Positions 19,025-25,045 of a stretch of DNA of 55,164 bases are shown here, piece by piece. Every line of letters starts with the position of its first letter. Positions within the stretch are counted from its first letter, which is position 1. Location: positions 1 to 55,164 of the forward strand of contig JACPGL010000028.1 in assembly GCA_016182525.1 (NCBI GenBank). The letters run 5' to 3'. The stretch comes from Candidatus Kerfeldbacteria bacterium (lineage in GTDB: Bacteria; Patescibacteriota; Patescibacteriia; JACPL01). The notes beneath the pieces are model-generated. The model was not told the DNA's origin. It made no database searches and was given only the letters and a program-made list of their open reading frames with translations. Both the position numbers and the translations under genes were made by a program.

Positions 19025-19097
19025 TCGCGAGAGCGAGCGTTTCAAGGCGCGTGCGAGCAAGACGCTCGTCGGCCGCCACACCCCATTTCAAAAATCG

Positions 19098-19150
19098 AGA
19101 TCCGTTCTCATTGAAACTGTGGATAACGAGAACGGATCTGGTTATCCACA
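19098..19150. promoter_or_regulatory. Two interleaved, mutually exclusive hairpins; the second pair of arms are perfect DnaA-box 9-mers in inverted orientation
   Basis: A AGATCCGTTCTC (19098-19109) pairs with A' GAGAACGGATCT (19128-19139); B TGTGGATAAC (19118-19127) pairs with B' GTTATCCACA (19141-19150). Confidence 0.4.
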
Positions 19151-19237
19151 ATTTTGGGGAGAGTGGATCCAACATGAAAGAGCGGCGGAGGATCACGTGG
19201 ATCCCCCGCCGGCTGCTCTTCGTGAGGTGGCGGCGCG

Positions 19238-19513
19238 TCAGACGGCGCCGACGCTTTTGCCACAGCGAACGTGGACGTAACCCTCCATGCCTTTCTGAAT
19301 GACGAAGGGTTGATCCTCAAGGAGAGTCTCGGCCCTCCCTGTGGCCCATCCGCCGACGGTATCGACGTCGAGCACCATCCCCTTTCGACGCGGCATACAG
19401 CCACAAGGGCTGTGGTCAGCAGTTTCGAAGGGAACTTGTAGGGTCGACCCGATAGGTAACCCGTTCCTCTTGTGGCCGAGCCATTCCTCGAACGCACGAG
19501 TATTGCGTTCCAT
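19238..19513 (-). CDS. Hypothetical 91-aa protein (Cys-containing, no family recognised)
   Basis: ORF preceded by strong SD GAGGAGGG 6 nt before the ATG and by a GGTCGCC-TAA-GGCGACC hairpin; follows a terminator, so probably its own transcription unit. Confidence 0.55.
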   Translation of the reverse strand: MERNTRAFEEWLGHKRNGLPIGSTLQVPFETADHSPCGCMPRRKGMVLDVDTVGGWATGRAETLLEDQPFVIQKGMEGYVHVRCGKSVGAV

Positions 19514-19590
19514 GATCTGCCCTCCTCGGTCGCCTTAGGCGACCGGTTCTTACGACAGGCCCATCCCTGCCACAAGAATTCTCTCCATAC

Positions 19591-19613
19591 ACAAAAACCG
19601 CCCGGTGGGGCGG
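19591..19613 (-). terminator. Intrinsic terminator after sodX
   Basis: Minus strand CCGCCCcaccGGGCGG followed by TTTTTGT. Confidence 0.6.
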
Positions 19614-19696
19614 CAAGTGACACGAACGCGTGAAACGAAACTAGCACCCCATGGAAAGGAGAGAAGATTCGTTCCACCAAGATGTGTTTCGTGTCA

Positions 19697-20179
19697 TCAT
19701 GTCAGGAGTGTATCAGGCCGTAGCTCATCTGTCAAACGCGGCAGATGCGCTGTGACTTTGCCGATGATGCGTTCGCGCGCGATGCCGCCAAAACTCCAGC
19801 CGTCAGTGCTTGCGCGATCCATGCCGACAAGAAAAACCTGCTCATCGTGAATCCTGTCGATTCTTTTGATGATGAACATTTTTTGAAACGGATGACGAGC
19901 GACAACGATATCTCCAACCTCAAGTTGGTCGCTCTTGCCTACGCGTTTTACAAACACTTGATCCCCTTCGCGCAGCATGGGCTCCATCGAACTCCCGCGA
20001 ACAAGAAATCGCTGTCTTCTTCCCATAAGCCAGAAAAGGACTTCAGGAAAAGAAGAAACTTTTGATATCGGAAAACGACGGGTGGCAGGCGGGAAGGCTT
20101 CCACCCCGCCGAAGCTGCATAGCGTGTAGGCGGGGTGGAAGGGAGCCCGCCTGACAGGACCCGTGGGGAGTGATCTCAT
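19697..20179 (-). CDS. sodX: Ni-SOD maturation protease SodX (S26 signal-peptidase-like)
   Basis: RGSSMEPMLREGDQVFV...GDIVVARHP...IIKRI; ATGA start/stop overlap with sodN at 20176-20179; alternative start Met at 20026 if the GC-rich hairpin 20098-20141 is non-coding. Confidence 0.75.
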   Translation of the reverse strand: MRSLPTGPVRRAPFHPAYTLCSFGGVEAFPPATRRFPISKVSSFPEVLFWLMGRRQRFLVRGSSMEPMLREGDQVFVKRVGKSDQLEVGDIVVARHPFQKMFIIKRIDRIHDEQVFLVGMDRASTDGWSFGGIARERIIGKVTAHLPRLTDELRPDTLLT

Positions 20180-20649
20180 GGATTCGCAGGTTCCCATTTC
20201 ACGTCCCGTCCTTTCGTTGCCCAAAACATTTCGTGAATTTTCTTTACCGCGTCCAGCATTTCTTGCGCGTGCGCAAGACTGACTTCTTGTTTGGCAGAGG
20301 AACATGCCTTTGCCGCTTTCCAAAAGATCGTGTGGAGGTCAGGATACTTCTCAAGATGTTCGGGCTTAAAATAATCGGTCCAGAGCACCAAAAGATGATG
20401 CTTGGTTTCTTCCGCTTGCTGTTCTTTAATTTGGATATAACGAGCCGCCGTGTTGAGATACGCGAGCATGGCTTGGGTGTTGCCCGCTGCCGGCATTTCG
20501 AGCGCAAGGAGTTTTTTCGTCATGGATACGACCGCTTCCGCCGTGACGCGCGCTTGTGCCGGATCATACACGCCGCACGGTCCGTCACAGTGCGCATACA
20601 CTTCGTCGGCCGGTTCGAACGCTCGCAAAAGAGAAGTCAAAAATTTCAT
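20176..20649 (-). CDS. sodN: Nickel-containing superoxide dismutase precursor
   Basis: 157-aa ORF; propeptide MKFLTSLLRAFEPADEVYA followed by Ni-hook HCDGPCGVYDPAQAR. Confidence 0.95.
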   Translation of the reverse strand: MKFLTSLLRAFEPADEVYAHCDGPCGVYDPAQARVTAEAVVSMTKKLLALEMPAAGNTQAMLAYLNTAARYIQIKEQQAEETKHHLLVLWTDYFKPEHLEKYPDLHTIFWKAAKACSSAKQEVSLAHAQEMLDAVKKIHEMFWATKGRDVKWEPANP

Positions 20650-20668
20650 GGGTAGAAAATGAATGATC

Positions 20669-20887
20669 TTATTCGTTTTTGGATGAGCGCTCGCGTGAGC
20701 GTGTGGCCATGACTCGCCCGATCACCACTCCAACGATCACTGCAACAACAACCGGCAAAAGATGCGTCGGCGAAAGATAATGGACAAACTCTGTTGCCGG
20801 TGCTATCGCATCTGCATGTCCATCGTGCGCATGGGCGACGATGGGCAGCAGGAATGATGCAACGAAGAGAGGGAGAAAATGTTTCAT
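20669..20887 (-). CDS. Small secreted/membrane-anchored His-rich protein (possible metal-binding accessory of the Ni-SOD operon)
   Basis: MKHFLPLFVASFLLPIVAHA-HDGHADAI... then TM LLPVVVAVIVGVVIG; 19 nt upstream of sodN on the same strand; an upstream ATG at 20911 is also possible. Confidence 0.6.
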   Translation of the reverse strand: MKHFLPLFVASFLLPIVAHAHDGHADAIAPATEFVHYLSPTHLLPVVVAVIVGVVIGRVMATRSRERSSKNE

Positions 20888-20936
20888 ACGTGATGAGTTA
20901 AGTGTCAACATATCCAGTATACCACGCTCGCTCGAT

Positions 20937-20962
20937 AAGAAAAGGCCGGAGACGCTCCGGCC
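20937..20962 (-). terminator. Intrinsic terminator (bidirectional-looking)
   Basis: GGCCGGAG-acg-CTCCGGCC with T-runs on both strands, immediately after the stop of the 20969..21205 fragment. Confidence 0.55.
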
Positions 20963-20968
20963 GTTTCT

Positions 20969-21205
20969 TTATGCGATGATTGACCCTGCCCACAAATCTC
21001 CAAGAAATGTTTTCCAAGGCATAATCGTTATGCCGTTGACATCGCGAGATCGCCTATCCATCGAGACAATGATCGCCTTTTTGGGTTTATATTCTTCTCG
21101 AAACGCTCTCATACTTCGTGAATGATGCGAGTGAACCTCGGAGACGCCCTTGACTTCGAGCGCTTGTACATAAGTTTTATTATTGCATGATATTCTAAAA
21201 ATCAA
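20969..21205 (-). pseudogene. C-terminal fragment of a DUF4143/AAA-type ATPase (COG1373-like)
   Basis: 78-aa ORF ...ALEVKGVSEVHSHHSRSMRAFREEYKPKKAIIVSMD...ITIMPWKTFL resembles only the C-terminal about 80 aa of about 400-aa ATPases; the ATPase domain is absent. Confidence 0.5.
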
Positions 21206-21241
21206 CTTTAGTATATCATGTAGAAAGCTTTGAAAATCAAT

Positions 21242-21275
21242 GAAGAAACGCCCGGAGACGTTCGGCCGTTTCTTC
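21242..21275 (-). terminator. Hairpin downstream of tRNA-Glu
   Basis: GAAGAAACG...CGTTTCTTC 9-bp stem plus an inner CCG/CGG stem; loop sequence related to the 20944-20962 hairpin. Confidence 0.35.
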
Positions 21276-21283
21276 TAAAAACT

Positions 21284-21358
21284 TGGTAGCCCCACGGGGA
21301 ATCGAACCCCGGTTACCAGGATGAAAACCTGGTGTCCTAACCACTAGACGATAGGGCC
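21284..21358 (-). tRNA. tRNA-Glu, anticodon UUC, CCA encoded
   Basis: Reverse complement GGCCCTA TC GTCT AGTGGTTA GGAC A CCAGG TTTTCAT CCTGG TAAC CGGGG TTCGATT CCCCG TGGGGCT A CCA. Confidence 0.9.
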
Positions 21359-21403
21359 GTGGTTTTTTTCGAGCAAACGCCGAAAATACAAAAGCAGTCT
21401 ACT

Positions 21404-21430
21404 GGAGAATTGACGCAGCGTCAAGAGTCG
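21404..21430 (+). repeat. 27-bp direct repeat, left copy, flanking the MntA/HepT cassette
   Basis: GGAGAATTGACGCAGCGTCAAGAGTCG; 26/27 identical to 21934..21960. Confidence 0.85.
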
Positions 21431-21433
21431 AGT

Positions 21434-21626
21434 CTACTCCTCTAAAAGCTTTTCAACAGCTCGACGAAGAGATGGGAGATCCTCTTGAACGGTCTTCCAT
21501 ACCACCTCAAGATCCACACCAAAATACTCATGAGTCAAGATATTCCGCATTCCCACAATATCGTCCCACGGGATATTCTTCGCCTTCAAGGATATGACCG
21601 AGGTATACGCTAGGATCGATTTTCAT
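21434..21626 (-). pseudogene. hepT: Decayed HepT (HEPN/DUF86) toxin: internal deletion plus frameshift
   Basis: Frame 1 from ATG 21626 gives MKIDPSVYLGHILEGEE...; a second frame gives NIPWDDIVGMRNILTHEYFGVDLEVVWKTVQEDLPSLRRAVEKLLEE* with the RxxxxH HEPN motif. Only 64 codons of space versus about 110-140 expected. Confidence 0.7.
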
Positions 21627-21897
21627 AGAGTATCTTCTGATCCTTGAGGATTCGCTGTTTGATGCGTGGATGAAGAGACCGATATGTCACAAGATCAACG
21701 GGCTTCCTGACAAGGCGTTCAAGCTCACGTTGAAGATGAGCCACCTCGAGAAGGGTCGGAGTGATGGAGAATTCCACAAGGAGGTCAATATCACTGCGGG
21801 GAGTTTGCTCTCCTCGTGCAACCGATCCAAAAAGTGCGGCCTTTTTGACCCCACGTCGTTTAAGCAGAGAGATCATTTTTTTCGTTTGAGTTGTCAT
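21610..21897 (-). CDS. mntA: MntA-type minimal nucleotidyltransferase antitoxin
   Basis: 95-aa ORF, FGSVARGEQTPRSDIDLLVEF (GS...DxD NTase motif); 3' end overlaps the hepT remnant start by 17 nt. Confidence 0.85.
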   Translation of the reverse strand: MTTQTKKMISLLKRRGVKKAALFGSVARGEQTPRSDIDLLVEFSITPTLLEVAHLQRELERLVRKPVDLVTYRSLHPRIKQRILKDQKILYENRS

Positions 21898-21933
21898 AAA
21901 ACTATTGTATCAGGATTCATTACAAAATGAAAG

Positions 21934-21960
21934 GGAGAATTGACGGAGCGTCAAGAGTCG
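21934..21960 (+). repeat. 27-bp direct repeat, right copy; contains the -35 of the tsaD promoter
   Basis: GGAGAATTGACGGAGCGTCAAGAGTCG. Confidence 0.85.
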
Positions 21961-21968
21961 CGTATGCT
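21940..21968 (+). promoter_or_regulatory. tsaD promoter TTGACG-17-TATGCT, -10 ends 6 nt before the ATG
   Basis: aaTTGACGgagcgtcaagagtcgcgTATGCTgtcggcATG. Confidence 0.55.
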
Positions 21969-21974
21969 GTCGGC

Positions 21975-23045
21975 ATGATGATCCTCGGGATCGAAACGTC
22001 ATGCGATGAAACGTCGGCTGCCGTGTTGGAGGTGAAACGCGGACGGTTTGATTTGCGGTCACACGTTGTGGCCTCGCAAGTGGCGGTGCACACGAAAACC
22101 GGCGGTGTGGTGCCGGAGGTGGCGGCGCGCGAACACATGGTCACGATCCTGCCGACGATTCAGAAGGCGCTTGAGGGCGTAAAGCCGTCGTCGCTTGATG
22201 CGATTGGCGTGACGAGCGGGCCGGGGCTGCTCACCTCCCTGCTTGTTGGCGTCGAAACCGCAAAGGCACTTTCGTATGCATGGAGTGTGCCGCTCGTGCG
22301 CGTAAATCACATCGAAGGACACATTTACGCGAACTGGCTAGAGCCGACACTCGCAACGAGTGAGAACTCGTCATTGCGAGGAGGCGCGCAGCCGACGAAG
22401 CAATCTGACGCGAAGCGTCATCCTGAGCAATGTCAGGGTGAGCCTGTCGAACCCCTTGTCGAAGGATCTATACAGATCGCCACGTCGTCCCGACAAATGT
22501 CGGGACTCCTCGCGATGACGGATACGCAACTCTTCCCTCTCCTCATTCTTGTCGTCTCTGGCGGGCACACTGAACTCATTTTGATGAAAGGCCACGGACG
22601 ATACACAAAGATCGGCGGCACACAGGATGATGCAGCTGCGGTGCTTTATGAAACGCAAAGCCAGAGATCCTTCGACTCGCTTCGCTCGCTCAGGATGACA
22701 AACGCGCCCTTCAAGATGACAAAAGGGAGAGTCAACAACATTGCCGCGTCATTCCAACAAGCGGTGGTGGATGTGCTTGTTGAAAAGACGATACGGGCAG
22801 CAATAAAGCACAAAGTCAAAGGCGTGTTGCTCTCTGGCGGAGTTGCCGCGAACCGCCTCTTGCGAGAAACGCTTTCGGAACACGTCAAGAACGAACTCCC
22901 CGGCACATTCTACGCCCAACCGCGCCGCGAGTACTGCACCGACAACGCCGCAATGATCGCCGCAGCCGCCTATTTTCACGCTCGCAAAAAGGATTTCACG
23001 CCGTTTCGAAAACTTAAAGCCGACGCCAACTGGGAACTCGTCTAG
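21975..23045 (+). CDS. tsaD: tRNA N6-adenosine threonylcarbamoyltransferase TsaD, interrupted in-frame by repeat elements and lacking the central conserved segment
   Basis: MMILGIETSCDETSAAV, VVPEVAAREH, GPGLLTSLLVG, NHIEGH, VVSGGHTEL, GGVAANRLLR, CTDNAAMIA; the ORF is open throughout. Confidence 0.85.
   Translation: MMILGIETSCDETSAAVLEVKRGRFDLRSHVVASQVAVHTKTGGVVPEVAAREHMVTILPTIQKALEGVKPSSLDAIGVTSGPGLLTSLLVGVETAKALSYAWSVPLVRVNHIEGHIYANWLEPTLATSENSSLRGGAQPTKQSDAKRHPEQCQGEPVEPLVEGSIQIATSSRQMSGLLAMTDTQLFPLLILVVSGGHTELILMKGHGRYTKIGGTQDDAAAVLYETQSQRSFDSLRSLRMTNAPFKMTKGRVNNIAASFQQAVVDVLVEKTIRAAIKHKVKGVLLSGGVAANRLLRETLSEHVKNELPGTFYAQPRREYCTDNAAMIAAAAYFHARKKDFTPFRKLKADANWELV
22370..22519. mobile_element. 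150-bp MITE-like palindromic element inserted in-frame in tsaD
   Basis: Terminal inverted repeats GTCATTGCGAGG (22370-22381) and CCTCGCGATGAC (22508-22519), 11/12 complementary; length is exactly 50 codons; carries family-1 and family-2 modules. Confidence 0.6.
22666..22699. repeat. Half copy of the family-2 element inside tsaD
   Basis: GATCCTTCGACTCGCTTCGCTCGCTCAGGATGAC is the reverse complement of the GTCATCCTGAGC...GAAGGATC module. Confidence 0.7.
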
Positions 23046-23082
23046 ACCTGCCAAACATAGCGTGTGAAGGACGCGCCATTAT

Positions 23083-23313
23083 TTATTTCTTCGCAAACTC
23101 CAAAAACTCCTCCACGGTGAGACCGGCCTGTCGAATAATTGCGCGAAGCGTTCCTTTTTTGATGTCGCGGGCGTGAATTGGGATAACTGGCTGATGCGAT
23201 GATCCGTCTTTGACCATGATGAGATGACTTCCGCGTTGCCGGTATTGTCGATAGCCCATCCGCTCAAAGGCGCGAACCACCTCGCGAGGTTTGAGTGACG
23301 GGAGCACCGGCAT
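23083..23313 (-). CDS. hicA: HicA-family mRNA interferase toxin
   Basis: 76-aa ORF, LKPREVVRAFERMGY...RGSHLIM...IPIHARDIKKGTLRAIIRQAG. Confidence 0.85.
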   Translation of the reverse strand: MPVLPSLKPREVVRAFERMGYRQYRQRGSHLIMVKDGSSHQPVIPIHARDIKKGTLRAIIRQAGLTVEEFLEFAKK

Positions 23314-23316
23314 ATC

Positions 23317-23574
23317 CTAAGCTGGGATCCGATCAAGATCAATCGAGATCTTTCCCTTAAAAAAGTTCGGTTCAATGTCTTCGGGAAACGGCAGCTTTCG
23401 CTCGGCAAGGGTTTCCAGTGTCAGTTCAATCGCCTCTCGCGCGTTCTTTTTTGCTTCTTCTACTGTTTCTCCTTGCGTGTGGCAACCGGGCAGTGCGGGA
23501 ACTTCAACACTAAATCCGCCGCTTTCGTCATCGGGTGTAAAAAGGACCGTATATTGGAGTATTTTGTGAGCCAT
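23317..23574 (-). CDS. hicB: HicB-family antitoxin (short form, no obvious DNA-binding domain)
   Basis: 85-aa ORF, YTVLFTPDDESGGFSVEVPALPGCHTQGETVEEAKKNAREAIEL. Confidence 0.8.
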   Translation of the reverse strand: MAHKILQYTVLFTPDDESGGFSVEVPALPGCHTQGETVEEAKKNAREAIELTLETLAERKLPFPEDIEPNFFKGKISIDLDRIPA

Positions 23575-23597
23575 ATCGTTTGAATGTATCTGATTCG

Positions 23598-23626
23598 AGT
23601 ATACGAGCTGCTCTATCGTTTGTCAA
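23598..23626 (-). promoter_or_regulatory. hicBA promoter TTGACA-17-TATACT
   Basis: Minus strand gTTGACAaacgatagagcagctcgTATACT, 23 nt before the hicB ATG. Confidence 0.6.
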
Positions 23627-23637
23627 CGGAGGCGAGC

Positions 23638-23734
23638 AAGGTCGGATCCAAAACCGGCCTTTGAGATCCGACCCAAAAGAGCCATTTTGGATCCGACCTT
23701 TTTGGGCCGTTTTAGGTCGGATCTTGTTTTTTCC
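23638..23734 (+). promoter_or_regulatory. Four GGTCGGATC units in alternating orientation forming alternative hairpins; the last hairpin plus T-run looks like an intrinsic terminator just upstream of ribBA
   Basis: Unit 1 23638-23653 is the perfect 16-nt complement of unit 3 23685-23700; unit 2 is 23665-23673. GATCCGACCT (23690-23699) pairs with AGGTCGGATC (23714-23723), followed by TTGTTTTTT. Confidence 0.4.
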
Positions 23735-23758
23735 TCATATCCATACTATAGTCACGAC

Positions 23759-24958
23759 ATGAATACGCCCCAAGAATTGATTGAAGAGATCAGAGCCGGC
23801 CGGATGGTCGTGCTTATGGATGATGAAACCCGCGAAAACGAGGGGGATTTAGTGATGGCTGCCGAAAAAGTGACGGCAGAGGCGATCAATTTTATGGCAA
23901 CGTTTGGCCGCGGGCTCATCTGTGTGCCGATGACCGAGAAGCGTTTGGATGAACTTGGTCTCGATCAAATGACTGACATAAACACCGAAGCCCATGAAAC
24001 CGCATTCACCGTTTCAGTGGATGCGAAACACGAAACCACAACCGGCATTTCCGCACACGACCGCGCGACAACCATCAAAACCATGCTCGCACCCGAAACC
24101 AAACCCGAAGATTTAGCTCGGCCAGGCCACGTGTTCCCTCTTCGCGCACTCGAGGGAGGAGTATTGCGCCGCGTTGGCCACACCGAAGCGTCCGTGGATC
24201 TTGCGCGCCTGGCTGGGCTGCAACCTGCGGGTGTGATCTGCGAAATCATGAGCCACGATGGCACCATGGCTCGCCTCCCTGAACTCCTCGACTTTGCCGC
24301 CGTGCACAACCTCAAAATCGGAACCATCAAAGATCTTGTACACCACCGCCGCACGCGCGAAAAGCTCGTGGAACGTGTTGCCTGTACGCGCCTCCCCACG
24401 CGCTACGGCGACTTCTCGGCGTGCGTCTACGAAACGACTGAAGACAGCTATCATCACATCGCGCTCGTGAAAGGTGACGTAGCGGGCAAGAGCAATGTAC
24501 TCGTGCGCGTGCACTCGCAGTGCCTCACGGGCGACGTGTTCGGCTCCAACCGCTGCGACTGCGGCGAGCAACTCCACGCCGCGCTTGAAATGATCGAGCG
24601 CGAAGGTCAAGGCGTGCTCCTGTACATGCGTCAAGAAGGCCGCGGCATTGGGCTGCTCAATAAAATGAAAGCGTACGAACTGCAAGAGCAGGGTTTGGAC
24701 ACAGTTGAAGCGAACGTTCAACTGGGATTCAAACCAGACCTGCGCGACTACGGCACCGGCGCGCAAATCTTGAAAGACCTCGGCCTCACGACCATTCGCC
24801 TCCTGACCAACAACCCAAAAAAAGTCGTGGGCTTGGAAGGATTCGACCTCACCATCACCGAACGCGTGCCCATCGAAATGCCTGCAAACGAACACAACAC
24901 AACCTATCTCAAGACGAAGAAGGAAAAGCTGGATCACCTCCTTCATTTTATTACCTAG
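23759..24958 (+). CDS. ribBA: Bifunctional 3,4-dihydroxy-2-butanone-4-phosphate synthase / GTP cyclohydrolase II
   Basis: [36 protein letters not shown] (RibB half); [33 protein letters not shown] (RibA half); start at Met25 of the ORF-track entry. Confidence 0.95.
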   Translation: MNTPQELIEEIRAGRMVVLMDDETRENEGDLVMAAEKVTAEAINFMATFGRGLICVPMTEKRLDELGLDQMTDINTEAHETAFTVSVDAKHETTTGISAHDRATTIKTMLAPETKPEDLARPGHVFPLRALEGGVLRRVGHTEASVDLARLAGLQPAGVICEIMSHDGTMARLPELLDFAAVHNLKIGTIKDLVHHRRTREKLVERVACTRLPTRYGDFSACVYETTEDSYHHIALVKGDVAGKSNVLVRVHSQCLTGDVFGSNRCDCGEQLHAALEMIEREGQGVLLYMRQEGRGIGLLNKMKAYELQEQGLDTVEANVQLGFKPDLRDYGTGAQILKDLGLTTIRLLTNNPKKVVGLEGFDLTITERVPIEMPANEHNTTYLKTKKEKLDHLLHFIT

Positions 24959-24961
24959 GAC

Positions 24962-25018
24962 TTGCTTCATTTGGCAGTAGAGTGTATACTATAGACTGGT
25001 AATACCCATAAATGGGTA
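24962..25018 (+). promoter_or_regulatory. abiE promoter candidate (TTGCTT-17-TATACT) followed by palindrome TACCCA-TAAA-TGGGTA
   Basis: -35 24962-24967, -10 24985-24990, palindrome 25003-25018. Confidence 0.4.
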
Positions 25019-25045
25019 CTACTGGTTCAAATCCTCTATTCCACA

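Noticed and set aside
19118-19150. Chromosomal replication origin, suggested by two DnaA boxes
   Set aside because: There are only two boxes, no AT-rich unwinding element, and no dnaA, dnaN or gyrB nearby. It is kept as a regulatory curiosity only.
19108-19680. 190-aa ORF overlapping the 91-aa ORF in another frame
   Set aside because: It has no start context and a Pro/Arg/Gly-rich translation, and it spans a terminator hairpin. The 19238..19513 frame has a strong SD instead.
23575-23758. FMN riboswitch upstream of ribBA
   Set aside because: I could not find the conserved RFN core sequences by eye. A covariance-model scan is needed before excluding it formally.
24991-25045. tRNA-like GGTTCAAATCC T-loop sequence upstream of abiEi (possible att remnant)
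   Set aside because: The flanking bases do not form a T-stem (only 3 of 5 pairs), and no acceptor or anticodon arms can be drawn.
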